Below, one piece after another: positions 1 through 9,317 of a stretch of DNA of 64,000 nt. Position 1 is the stretch's first letter. Each line of letters opens with the position of its first letter. This DNA is from Candidatus Omnitrophota bacterium (lineage in GTDB: Bacteria > Omnitrophota > Gorgyraeia > Zapsychrales > Zapsychraceae): NCBI GenBank assembly GCA_018812705.1, contig JAHJCZ010000097.1, positions 840-64,839 on the forward strand. The letters are read 5' to 3'. The notes below the pieces were generated by a model that saw only the letters and a program-made list of their open reading frames with translations, was not told the origin of the DNA and searched no databases. The position numbers were made by a program, and so were the translations under genes.

Positions 1-3000
1 AGCCAGCATTCACTATTGTCAGCAGCGCTTCCATCTGAAACAGACTTATCCATCATTAAAGCCCCGCTGTAGATCTTCCTAACTCCTCCGCCCATATCAG
101 GGAAAGTATTAATGTATGCGGCCGGAACATTGGCTGAAGCCGGAGGGTTATCAACCATCAAATCCCCACAACAGCTTGTAACAGCTCCGCAATCCTTAGG
201 ACAGCTTGTTTGGTGCTCCCCAATCAAATTATCACAAATGCCATCACCGCAAAAACCTGTTGGAGCTGGACAGTCCTGAGGACATGACACAGCATCCTCT
301 CCCCCTGCACAAACACCATCTGGACAAAGGGGACAATCCTGCCAACAGGAGCCTGAATTTTCCCCGACTTCACAAGCCCCATTAGGACAAACAGCCGCCC
401 CTCCGCCGGAACAGACCCTGCCAAGCGGGTTAAAATCAAAAGCCGTTCCCGTCTGTGGCCTTAAAGGATGGTTAAATCTAAAATCCCAGATCGGCACACC
501 ATTAGGGAAGAATGTCCTGCCCAAGTTGGTCTGGTCTTGATCTACCCTAGTAACACGAGCCTTTACAGTACCAACGTAGTTAATAATAAAGAAACATCTC
601 TTTGTTCCCCAGTTGTGCGTCTCAGTTTTAATGCTCGGCCATTCTTGAGGTCCCGTCTGCGAAGGATTACACCTTCCCTCACATCTTCCAGGAGTCCTGA
701 CATCAACCCGTACAACGTGCCAAGACCCAGAGCCGACTCCCATCGTTTCATTAAGAGGCGGGCTTTGCCAATAATAGACAGCGGCACTTGGCAAACCATT
801 GTCCGTACCATCCTCATAACTAATTCTGTACTGAATAATGTCTTGCGCAGGACCATTTAAGAAATCACTAAATTTGTTCTCAGCTGTTTGAAAAACTTCT
901 TCAATATTTTTAATTTCGGGTATTCTGTTCTCAAGGAAATTCATTCTGACCGTAAATTTTGCAACTTGGTTTTCAGCCTCTTGGTAGCTCTGATCTACCA
1001 GGTCTTTGTACCCTCCAGGAGCAACATCGGCACAAGAACCACCCGCAGTAACAATGGCATCAAGTATTCCCTGTCTAAAACCAGGCGCTGCTCCCGCATC
1101 AGTTGCCCCGTCCCACCAAAAAGAACAAGACCCCGCATTCGCAAGCTCCGGAACCGGTACCTCTGGAACGCTCGGCACCCAAGGTGACATTGGCGCAGCC
1201 ATTCCGAAGAAATTGATCAGAATGTTATGGTCAATGATAAAAGCTGGGTCTAGTGGTCCCGTTCTCGGATCATGAGCACAAAATGCCTCACAATTAACCG
1301 CACCGATCGGGCCGTCTCCGACAACAGGGTTAAACAAAGAGTTTGCACAATTGATAAACATTTGACTATCCACTGCATCCATTGTTCCTGGATAAGGCGG
1401 AACCGCAGCAGCAGCTAATAAAACGGCTGTTCTAAAATTAGTAGCAGCCCCTCCTGAACACCAGTTACTACATTCTACATTACATTGAGTAATCCAGTTG
1501 ACAATAGGATTTACCCATACAGGAACAGTGTACGGAGCAGCATTAAGGCCATAAGGATCAGTACCTCCTGGGAAAAGGCTTCCGCAAACAGTCTGACAAT
1601 CTGCAACGGACATGTCAGGATCGTCCGGTGCCGGTGGTACAAGAGTAGAAACCCCTAGAGTGTCCCTACAATTTTCAAGAGCTAGCACTACGGCATCATT
1701 GCTCGCTTGAAAAGCAATTGAATCAAAACCTGGAACTAATGACCTCGGCAAGAACTCACAATTAGCTTCATTACAATAATCCCAACATCCTTTAAACTTC
1801 TGAGCATTACCCGTTGCAACACCAGGGTCAGCACCTCCGGTTATTATTGAAACTGGCAGATATTCATTAAAATCAAGGTCGCCATCAACATCAGCTAGAT
1901 CCACTGCCAACAAAATCCTCTGATCGTTAATATTGTAATCAAGACAAGCGGCAACGTCTTCAATATCTCCGGTCACTCCGTTGACATTACTATCAAAAGT
2001 GTTTTCTTCTTTATCATGCTCTTCATGGGCGCCTGCAAAAGTAGCACATCCAGGCATTGGAACACACCACGCATCTCCACACAAGCCGCCTAAACCTACT
2101 TGTGCAACATGGCTAACCCTTAGCAAGTCCACCCTATCCCTAATTTCAGCGAGAGCCGTCAACCATTGCCACAAAATACCCTCTGTTGGGTTAGCAGCTG
2201 TTCCATAACAGTTGTAACATGCCGGGACAGATGTCCTGTCGGCAGGAGGATTTAAAGGCTCTATCCACGGGGCAAGATCTTCATACCAGGAATCAAAGTT
2301 ATTGATCAGCGATTTTTTATCTTTCATTAATAATGTCGTACCGAACCGCAAAAATTCAGAAAGCCCATAATAAACGTCCTCTAAAACATCTTCCGGCCAG
2401 TTAGCTGCAGGCTGAGCTAAAGCGTCCCCGCAAGCACAGTCAGCAGGCACTGTCTGATTGCTTCCATCTCCATCACCCCAATCATTGTCGCATGTCCAAT
2501 CTGCAGGATTATCCGGATCGCCAGCGGGAACAACAAGATGCACCCCGTTTTCATCCAACTGCTCACAAGGCATTTTGCAGCATGGACAGTCATAGGTCAA
2601 GACATTGCCGTTACCGTCATCATCTGTAGTACAGGCAATCCAATTACCAAGATCATCAAGTTCCCAACAGAGACATGGCGCACATACCCCTCCCTCTGAC
2701 TTGTCACAATTCCCAAAATACGGCCACTCTGCATCACTGGCTACATCTCCATCTGAACAAAATCTATCAGAACCTTGCTTCCAGAAACCTAAAGCGGGAT
2801 TGACAACAAGATCATCAAAAGCATCCTGGGCGCATGCACCAGCTGCAGCAATGACGTCGTTAGGAATTCTTATCCTGTCAACAGCGATCGGTGGATCTGT
2901 TGCAACTGCACTGTTTTGTGCTTGTGAAGGAACGACCCATGTCGTATCATAAGTAAGTGTAGCTGGAGCACGAGGCAGTCCTACTACTGACAATCTATTG

Positions 3001-4691
3001 GCTTCCAACTCAGGATGCTCCAATGGCCCCGCAGGTACACAAGCAGGATTTGCATCCCAGAAGCAGTTGTTTGCTGCTGAGGCACCAATACTTAGGTCCC
3101 AGCCCCAGTTAGCCATTCTCCAAAAAACAGGGTAAACGCCTTTCTTGCCATCATCGCCGTCAGGAGCATACCCTTCAAAAAAGCCAGTGACATCTTCCTC
3201 AATAAAAGAGTTAGTATCCCCTACTTGAACAATCAGGCTTCTGTCACCGGGGTTCTTGCGATAAAGCCTGTGTTCATCATCCCTTCCGATCTGTTCCCGA
3301 AGAGACCTGTAACAATCTTGTGGACAATAGTATGGGTTATCTGCGCCATCATCTCCTGCAGAGCCTTCGTTGTTTCTTGGATGATCTTCCCACACGACAT
3401 CTGCCACACCAAGATTGATTTGATCACAAGTTGCAGAAAGAGCCCCACAACAATCATTCGGGTCTGCTTGAAGACAGAAGGTCACATTTGGAACTGATGG
3501 GTCATTATTGTAATTATTCTCAACACCTGTATCAAAAATCCATTTGTATTGATTACCATTTACGATGTTGCCGTTAGAGAATGGCGCCACTTGCTGGGCA
3601 GGCGCCCCGCACGAAACAGACTCTCCACATTGACCTGCCCCAATATCACAACAAACGGGCCTTAAAGTAACATCTGTTCCTGAAAGAGGATCAACCGCGC
3701 CAACAGGAGCACAACAAAAATTTGCCTCAGAAAGCGTTGGCGTAACCGTACATGCCGGATGCGCCGCACCAACAGTAGTACACACACCATTAACAAATAG
3801 CGGGTCAGACAATCCCCACGCCTCATCGACTAGATCAGGGTTACCGTCTCCGTCATTATCAGCATGACAATCTGACGCATAAAGAGCATCATACAGGCAA
3901 TCGCCATGCATAAAATCATCTAAAGCCCTAATAAATGCAAGGATCTCAGTACCATCCGGAGTTTGAATTCTGTTGAGTCTTTGGGTGTAATAAAAACCAA
4001 ATCTTGAAACCATATCATTTGGCACAAGCCCCGTAAAACCCCAATTTCTATCAGTATCCATATCATAAACATCGGCAACCTCACCCGGATCAGTAATAAC
4101 TGTTTGAAGGGCTGTCCTAACACCACTTTCGACAAATTGATTCTTAAGCGACATCGTCTCACCGATTATCTTGTTCCACATGCTAGTAATGCCAGGCTGA
4201 ACTACCGTTGCCTGCATGACAACTGATGCAATAGAAAGAATTATCGCAACAATCGCAAAGGCAATGATATACCCTGCCACCGCAGCAGACCCCCCACTAG
4301 TTACAGGGGCCAGAATAATAGCGATGACCGCAATAATGACAACAATGATCATGGAAATAATTGCCGTAAAAAGACTGGTCTTATCACAAACCTGAAGACT
4401 TCCCTTAAGGTTCTCTTTAACAAGCTTTTGAGCATAACTTGCCATTTGAGAAGCAAGTACACTAGCGGTTTTTTCAGCAGCCATTGAAGTCAGCGTCTTT
4501 GCGCCGCTAAGCCGTCCAAGATTTAAAGTAACCGCATAAAAAATAAGGGCGACTGCTGTCATTATTATCAGTATGATCGCAACTTGCCCTTTAGAATCAG
4601 AGGCTCTTCCTAAAGAACTCCTCTTTTTGGTTAAGGAGCAATTCAGTTTCTTTTTAAGCGCCAAGATGTGCTTGTTTATTCTCTGTATCAA
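1..4691 (-). CDS. Giant TadG/Tad_N-like minor (tip) pilin / Cys-rich adhesin, 3' end outside window (>=1563 aa)
   Basis: Hand-translated. RBS AAAGAGGT then TTG at 4691: MIQRINKHIL...SDSKG|QVAIILIIMTAVALIFYAVTLNLG (prepilin-like site plus TM). Frame is open in every segment checked down to position 3 (...DKSVSDGSAADNSECW). The track has no ORF in this frame, as expected if there is no stop before the window edge. Contains DxDxDG motifs and Cys repeats. Confidence 0.88.
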   Translation of the reverse strand, partial: MIQRINKHILALKKKLNCSLTKKRSSLGRASDSKGQVAIILIIMTAVALIFYAVTLNLGRLSGAKTLTSMAAEKTASVLASQMASYAQKLVKENLKGSLQVCDKTSLFTAIISMIIVVIIAVIAIILAPVTSGGSAAVAGYIIAFAIVAIILSIASVVMQATVVQPGITSMWNKIIGETMSLKNQFVESGVRTALQTVITDPGEVADVYDMDTDRNWGFTGLVPNDMVSRFGFYYTQRLNRIQTPDGTEILAFIRALDDFMHGDCLYDALYASDCHADNDGDGNPDLVDEAWGLSDPLFVNGVCTTVGAAHPACTVTPTLSEANFCCAPVGAVDPLSGTDVTLRPVCCDIGAGQCGESVSCGAPAQQVAPFSNGNIVNGNQYKWIFDTGVENNYNNDPSVPNVTFCLQADPNDCCGALSATCDQINLGVADVVWEDHPRNNEGSAGDDGADNPYYCPQDCYRSLREQIGRDDEHRLYRKNPGDRSLIVQVGDTNSFIEEDVTGFFEGYAPDGDDGKKGVYPVFWRMANWGWDLSIGASAANNCFWDANPACVPAGPLEHPELEANRLSVVGLPRAPATLTYDTTWVVPSQAQNSAVATDPPIAVDRIRIPNDVIAAAGACAQDAFDDLVVNPALGFWKQGSDRFCSDGDVASDAEWPYFGNCDKSEGGVCAPCLCWELDDLGNWIACTTDDDGNGNVLTYDCPCCKMPCEQLDENGVHLVVPAGDPDNPADWTCDNDWGDGDGSNQTVPADCACGDALAQPAANWPEDVLEDVYYGLSEFLRFGTTLLMKDKKSLINNFDSWYEDLAPWIEPLNPPADRTSVPACYNCYGTAANPTEGILWQWLTALAEIRDRVDLLRVSHVAQVGLGGLCGDAWCVPMPGCATFAGAHEEHDKEENTFDSNVNGVTGDIEDVAACLDYNINDQRILLAVDLADVDGDLDFNEYLPVSIITGGADPGVATGNAQKFKGCWDYCNEANCEFLPRSLVPGFDSIAFQASNDAVVLALENCRDTLGVSTLVPPAPDDPDMSVADCQTVCGSLFPGGTDPYGLNAAPYTVPVWVNPIVNWITQCNVECSNWCSGGAATNFRTAVLLAAAAVPPYPGTMDAVDSQMFINCANSLFNPVVGDGPIGAVNCEAFCAHDPRTGPLDPAFIIDHNILINFFGMAAPMSPWVPSVPEVPVPELANAGSCSFWWDGATDAGAAPGFRQGILDAIVTAGGSCADVAPGGYKDLVDQSYQEAENQVAKFTVRMNFLENRIPEIKNIEEVFQTAENKFSDFLNGPAQDIIQYRISYEDGTDNGLPSAAVYYWQSPPLNETMGVGSGSWHVVRVDVRTPGRCEGRCNPSQTGPQEWPSIKTETHNWGTKRCFFIINYVGTVKARVTRVDQDQTNLGRTFFPNGVPIWDFRFNHPLRPQTGTAFDFNPLGRVCSGGGAAVCPNGACEVGENSGSCWQDCPLCPDGVCAGGEDAVSCPQDCPAPTGFCGDGICDNLIGEHQTSCPKDCGAVTSCCGDLMVDNPPASANVPAAYINTFPDMGGGVRKIYSGALMMDKSVSDGSAADNSECW
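189..389 (-). repeat. Three tandem Cys-rich protein repeats (C-x-[DN]G-x-C...GE-xxx-SC-xx-DC)
   Basis: Translation gives CPNGACEVGENSGSCWQDC / CPDGVCAGGEDAVSCPQDC / CGDGICDNLIGEHQTSCPKDC. Confidence 0.85.
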
Positions 4692-4828
4692 TTCACATAC
4701 CTCTTTAAAAACTATTTTTTCTATTCTACATCAAAAACAAATCTTTTAAAAAGCTTTAATTCTTTTTCTATCTCTCTGTTCCAACACTGTCTTTCTATCA
4801 TTAACCAACAACAAAACATCCAGAACTA

Positions 4829-5068
4829 TTATGGCATCCAAATCGCGTTCAGCGGGATAGGCTCGTAAAAATACGTATCCAGCTGCTGCCCAATCGACCC
4901 TCCCGACCTTAACAAATCATGATGCGCCTGTCTTCTTGCAACAGGGTCCCTTGAAACCCATCCCATGATCTGTACCATGCTCCACAGCATCAAAAGAATA
5001 ATGAACATACAGAAGGTAAATTCTATCAAAACCTGACCCTTAGATCTTTTTGCCTTTTTTAAAAACAT
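4829..5068 (-). CDS. TadE-like minor pilin
   Basis: Basic leader then KG|QVLIEF and hydrophobic helix. Confidence 0.85.
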   Translation of the reverse strand: MFLKKAKRSKGQVLIEFTFCMFIILLMLWSMVQIMGWVSRDPVARRQAHHDLLRSGGSIGQQLDTYFYEPIPLNAIWMP

Positions 5069-5101
5069 TGACTTTTTCCCTTTTTTCTCTGTTCAAAGTA
5101 C

Positions 5102-6439
5102 TTATCGCATAAATTCAACGTACGGTTCGTCGGTTGTATCAGTAACCCATCTACGTCCACGTCTATCCGCTATTCTGCTCCTAATAAAAATGTACCTGTC
5201 TCTAATTGCCATGCAGGTAAGAGGCGTATTCCCGCCAAAACATTCTTGCCGCATGTTAACACAAACCTCAATGGGATTTGGCACGCTAGTATCGTCCCCA
5301 ACAAAAGGCGGGACCGTTCGATCAGCATTACAGAACCTCCCGGGTGTAAAATTGCTTAACAGTACCTCCCTTTGAATAATATCAACCTGATCTTTCTTTT
5401 TGGCTGTTCTAATAAACTGTCTTCCTGGAGAGGTCGCATAAAGACGTCCTTCTTCTATTAATGCATAAGTGCCTTCTTCTCCCGGCCTTTGCCCTCTTAA
5501 GAATGTAAAGACCTCCGTATCTCTTTGAAGACCTGGCCGTTCACCGGGGTCCCCTTCTTCCCAAGTACCATCAATATCTCCAGCACCATAATCAATAGCA
5601 TGTATTGAAGTAACAACTCCGTTTGCATCTGAAGTTACGCTGTAAACCGTTTCTTCCATGTAATCTCCATCAACATCATAAGACACCTGTGATGTTTCCA
5701 TCGCAACGTTTCCAGGAAGAAGCGTTCCTCCTCCAGCTTTAGTTTCAAAAGCATATCTGATTTTCCATTGCCAAGAGAAATTGGACCTCATTGCTACTGG
5801 CACCTCGCTCGAGTCTCCATCTCTGTCAAGATCAAAACACGCGTCACAGCCTGCATCCCAATCATCTATGCCAGGGTGATTAGGAATTTTCTCGTAAACA
5901 GCAACGCAGCCAACAATAGCGCCCGATGCTAATCTTGCACAATTGTCTTGCCATGTAGGATGTCCATCGACTAACCCTCCAATGTTTGTAAAACTGGCGC
6001 TTGAAAAAGGAAAATGTTGACCATTTATCCAATAGTCCGTAACTGATAAACTGAAATTTTCATTGGAATCAATGTTAAGAAATAGGTTTCTGCTGTGCGT
6101 GCCTGATCCTGACAGCATGTAAGGAACTCTATCGACTGTACCATATTTCGCGCTTGAGGCAGTTAGCCTGTCTTCGATCAAAACAACCGCAGCCGAATTT
6201 CTTGAAGCATTATTATCGCCATGACTTCCCATCTGTCCTGAAGTGTACATGTACGACATTCTCATTGCCATTCTCATTGCCTTCAAAGCCTGGCCCTGCT
6301 GATATCCATAACCAAGCGCGCTTCGAACAATAAGACCCATCGTAAAAATAAATATTGATCCAAAAACCGCCAATTCCATTGCGGTTTGGCCCGATTCTTT
6401 GACCAGCTTAAAATAACGTTTCTTTCTAAATAAGTTCAT
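5102..6439 (-). CDS. Large TadE-like pseudopilin with DxDxDG putative Ca-binding motifs
   Basis: SG|QTAMELAVFG prepilin motif, TM helix, FDLDRDGD and YDVDGD motifs, several Cys. Confidence 0.85.
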   Translation of the reverse strand: MNLFRKKRYFKLVKESGQTAMELAVFGSIFIFTMGLIVRSALGYGYQQGQALKAMRMAMRMSYMYTSGQMGSHGDNNASRNSAAVVLIEDRLTASSAKYGTVDRVPYMLSGSGTHSRNLFLNIDSNENFSLSVTDYWINGQHFPFSSASFTNIGGLVDGHPTWQDNCARLASGAIVGCVAVYEKIPNHPGIDDWDAGCDACFDLDRDGDSSEVPVAMRSNFSWQWKIRYAFETKAGGGTLLPGNVAMETSQVSYDVDGDYMEETVYSVTSDANGVVTSIHAIDYGAGDIDGTWEEGDPGERPGLQRDTEVFTFLRGQRPGEEGTYALIEEGRLYATSPGRQFIRTAKKKDQVDIIQREVLLSNFTPGRFCNADRTVPPFVGDDTSVPNPIEVCVNMRQECFGGNTPLTCMAIRDRYIFIRSRIADRRGRRWVTDTTDEPYVEFMR

Positions 6440-6483
6440 ATCGCCCCTAAAACCATCAGCTTCTGAAAACCTTGAAAATAAAC

Positions 6484-6798
6484 TTAATATGCCCCAGAGG
6501 AAACATATCCAGATTTTGTTTCAACAACATTTGTCATATCTCTTCGAGATGTCCACCAACCTTCAGATGTGTTTAAAGAAATGATCTGCGTGTCCGTGTT
6601 TGAAACTATCCTATGGACGACCATTGTGTTTCCCGTTCTAGGATCATACTGTTCTCCTAGTTCGTCAACTGCAGTTTTCCATCTTCCCTGCAATCCTCTT
6701 TTAAAATAATTACCTATTGATAAAAAAGCTGCAAGAATAACTGTCATCAAGACCAGAAACTCCATTGATGTTTGCCCTTTTTTTATTAGTTTAAACAT
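6484..6798 (-). CDS. Flp/TadE-like pilin
   Basis: KG|QTSMEF, TM, then KRGLQGRWK..DELGEQYDP (paralog of 7881-8210). Confidence 0.88.
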   Translation of the reverse strand: MFKLIKKGQTSMEFLVLMTVILAAFLSIGNYFKRGLQGRWKTAVDELGEQYDPRTGNTMVVHRIVSNTDTQIISLNTSEGWWTSRRDMTNVVETKSGYVSSGAY

Positions 6799-6831
6799 AA
6801 TATCTCCTGTTTCAATAGCAACTTCACTTTT

Positions 6832-7182
6832 TTAATCGTTCTCTTGAAAACCTAAACCTGTTTCAGTCGTTGATTCAGAATGCATCCGATCATTATAGTA
6901 ATGAGTTACGACGCCAGCACTTTCTCCTCTTGTTGTTTCTGTTGCCGCGTCAACATCAACAAAAGCATTTACCATGAACCCTTCTTCTATGTCAAAAATC
7001 TGATCCGCATTCCTTTGAGTTCCAATTTGATCGGCAACTGTCTTTATCATTCCCTGCGTGCCTCTTTTAAGGAACGTCCCCATATTAAAAAATATAACCG
7101 TAACCATTCCGACTATTAATGAGTACTCCAGAATGCTTTGAGCCTTATTATTTTTCCAAAATTTCAAATTTACCTTAAACAT
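6832..7182 (-). CDS. Flp/TadE-like pilin
   Basis: KA|QSILEY, TM, KRGTQG..ADQIG. Confidence 0.88.
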   Translation of the reverse strand: MFKVNLKFWKNNKAQSILEYSLIVGMVTVIFFNMGTFLKRGTQGMIKTVADQIGTQRNADQIFDIEEGFMVNAFVDVDAATETTRGESAGVVTHYYNDRMHSESTTETGLGFQEND

Positions 7183-7203
7183 TTTTCCCTCTAAACTAGC
7201 GTA

Positions 7204-7587
7204 CTATTCATATTCCCTATCTGCTTCCCTTGGAGGCTTTGTCACGCTTGTTGTCATTATTCTTGAAAGATCATCATATTCCATTCTGTAAACGCCGCTA
7301 GTGCCTCCCTCGGCAAGAGAAGTTCTTGATCTAAGGCTACGATAAGTTTCTGAATCAGTGTTCTGATAATAAGGCTCATAATGAAAGAATATGTTGCCAT
7401 TGAAGAAACCTGCTGATTGATTTCTTGTGAGCCTGACCATTGAATCTCTGGCATCATAAATTCTTCCCTGAACCACCCTTTGAAAATATGTACTCATTGC
7501 TGTTATTACTCCGATAGCAACAAAAAAAACTATAACATATTCCCCCATAACCGCCTGAGCTTTATTATTTTTAATAATTCTTAGCAT
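7204..7587 (-). CDS. Flp/TadE-like pilin
   Basis: KA|QAVMGEY, TM, QRVVQGRIYDA...YEPYY (paralog of 8281-8643). Confidence 0.85.
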   Translation of the reverse strand: MLRIIKNNKAQAVMGEYVIVFFVAIGVITAMSTYFQRVVQGRIYDARDSMVRLTRNQSAGFFNGNIFFHYEPYYQNTDSETYRSLRSRTSLAEGGTSGVYRMEYDDLSRIMTTSVTKPPREADREYE

Positions 7588-7789
7588 AAAAAATGCTTCC
7601 CCTTAAAAATTTTAATAGTCATATAATAAGTATACATTATTTTTATCTGATTGAATAGAGTAGGTATCTTTTTTTTGGATTGATAACTTTAACAGTACCA
7701 TAAACTTAAAGAAATCCCTTTTATTGTTTTTGCACAATTTAACAAAAAACCAACTCAAAAATAAAAAACACAGAATCTTTTTTTTACGC

Positions 7790-7838
7790 AAAAAAAAATC
7801 CGGCTTGCCGAAAAACTATTTCTCGACAAACCGGATCT
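7790..7838 (-). terminator. Intrinsic terminator after the first four pilin genes
   Basis: Minus strand ATCCGGTTTGTCGAGAAA-TAG-TTTTTCGGCAAGCCGGAT followed by a T run. Confidence 0.8.
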
Positions 7839-7880
7839 ATGTTTCAAACTAAGAACCTATTTTTTACAAAACACCGTTTA

Positions 7881-8210
7881 TTAGCTTCCCCAATATTCTT
7901 GCTCAATATTAGCAATTCTTGAAGTTCCTTGGGTAACTGTTGCTTCGTCGTTAAGTAAAGATGAAGTTACAACGCCGCCGATATTTGTATCAGACGTATA
8001 ACTTACAGTTCTTACTGTTTTTTGTACGTTTGTGTTTCCAGGGGAGAATTGCTCTCCGATATCATCAGCCGCACCTTTTAAGCGACCCTGAATACCTCTC
8101 TTAATGTAGACCTGAATAGAGACAAGAGCACCAATGATAATAATTATCAAAATTGCATATTCTAGTGTGCTCTGGCCTTTCTTTCTTCTTCTATTTAAAT
8201 ATTCAAACAT
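7881..8210 (-). CDS. Flp-like pilin
   Basis: AAGGAGG RBS before ATG at 8210 (track start 8249 is too long); KG|QSTLEY, TM, KRGIQGRLK..DDIGEQFSP. Confidence 0.9.
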   Translation of the reverse strand: MFEYLNRRRKKGQSTLEYAILIIIIIGALVSIQVYIKRGIQGRLKGAADDIGEQFSPGNTNVQKTVRTVSYTSDTNIGGVVTSSLLNDEATVTQGTSRIANIEQEYWGS

Positions 8211-8280
8211 TGTTTTAGCCTCCTTAATTTTACCTCTTCTAAAGAGCACTTCTTATGTTACTAACTGATCAGGTCTACTA

Positions 8281-8643
8281 TTAAAGACCGTTTTGAATAC
8301 CAGCAACCGATACGTCATAAGAAGTTGTCTGACGACCACCCGCTGTTCTTGTTCTAGTAGAATTTTCACCTTTCAAAATAGCATCTGCATCATAACTTTC
8401 GGTCATAGTTTCATCCCGAATAATGTTATAAGTAGTTGATAGATAATAAGGTTCATATTGTACTGTGTTGCCTAAACCATTAGTTTGTGTAGCAAGGTGC
8501 TGTGCGGCATCACGAACTCTTGCCTGCAATGCTCTTTGAGCATACGTTTGCATGGCAATAATACCAGCAACAACCAGAGATATCAAAATTGCATACTCGG
8601 CTGTGTTTTGCGCTTTTTTATTTTTAATCAATTTTCTAAGCAT
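8281..8643 (-). CDS. Flp-like pilin
   Basis: AGGAGGT RBS; KA|QNTAEY, TM, QRALQARVRDA...QYEPYY. Confidence 0.9.
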   Translation of the reverse strand: MLRKLIKNKKAQNTAEYAILISLVVAGIIAMQTYAQRALQARVRDAAQHLATQTNGLGNTVQYEPYYLSTTYNIIRDETMTESYDADAILKGENSTRTRTAGGRQTTSYDVSVAGIQNGL

Positions 8644-8702
8644 TGATTTTACCTCCTAATTTTAACTTCTCCAAATAACTGGATTCCTTCTTGTTCTCCT
8701 GA

Positions 8703-8933
8703 TTAAGGGGTACTGTTAGCAGCAGGTCTTGATGCAGCTAATCTGTCTGCCATGTCTTCCATTCCGTCTGTTCCAGAGTTGATAGTTGTGTTAAAAGCAT
8801 TCTGGAATGGCCCGCCTGGTCCTAAGAATATAATGAGCGCTGCTAAAACAGCAGCAATCAAAATAATGTACTCAACTGTGCTCTGGCCTCTTTTCTTTTT
8901 GCCAGATGTTTTATGAATCATCCTTTTAAGCAT
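8703..8933 (-). CDS. Flp pilin (candidate major pilin)
   Basis: Strong RBS GAAGGAGG; RG|QSTVEYIILIAAV; short, as canonical Flp. Confidence 0.9.
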   Translation of the reverse strand: MLKRMIHKTSGKKKRGQSTVEYIILIAAVLAALIIFLGPGGPFQNAFNTTINSGTDGMEDMADRLAASRPAANSTP

Positions 8934-9076
8934 TATTTATCCTCCTTCGATAATAACAATCCCTGTTACTAAACAAGGGCTTTTGCTTAATTAAGCCTAA
9001 AAATACACTAATTTTTAAGCCTTACGAAAGAATTGACTCAGAAATAATTTTCTGATCGTCTTTCCTCGCGTAAATG

Positions 9077-9250
9077 TTATTGTGATGCTTTGAATTCTTC
9101 TTGTATTACCTGCTGGGTAGCCTGAACTGACCTATACACGTAGGTACTCATAGCGACAACCGCTACGGAAATAAGAGCTGCGACCATGGCATATTCAATT
9201 AGATTTTGACCTTTATGATTCCAATTTTCCACTTTTTTGTTCCTCGCCAT
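9077..9250 (-). CDS. Flp pilin
   Basis: KG|QNLIEYAMVAALI; start at 9250 (MARNKK) or 9268. Confidence 0.85.
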   Translation of the reverse strand: MARNKKVENWNHKGQNLIEYAMVAALISVAVVAMSTYVYRSVQATQQVIQEEFKASQ

Positions 9251-9317
9251 ACCGCAACTACCTAACATGTCTAACAGATAACATTTGTCCCATTCTTACT
9301 AAACACTGAATCGAATT

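Noticed and set aside
224-4868. About a dozen short track ORFs on both strands
   Set aside because: Antisense or off-frame shadows of the giant minus-strand pilin gene; no RBS or recognisable motifs.
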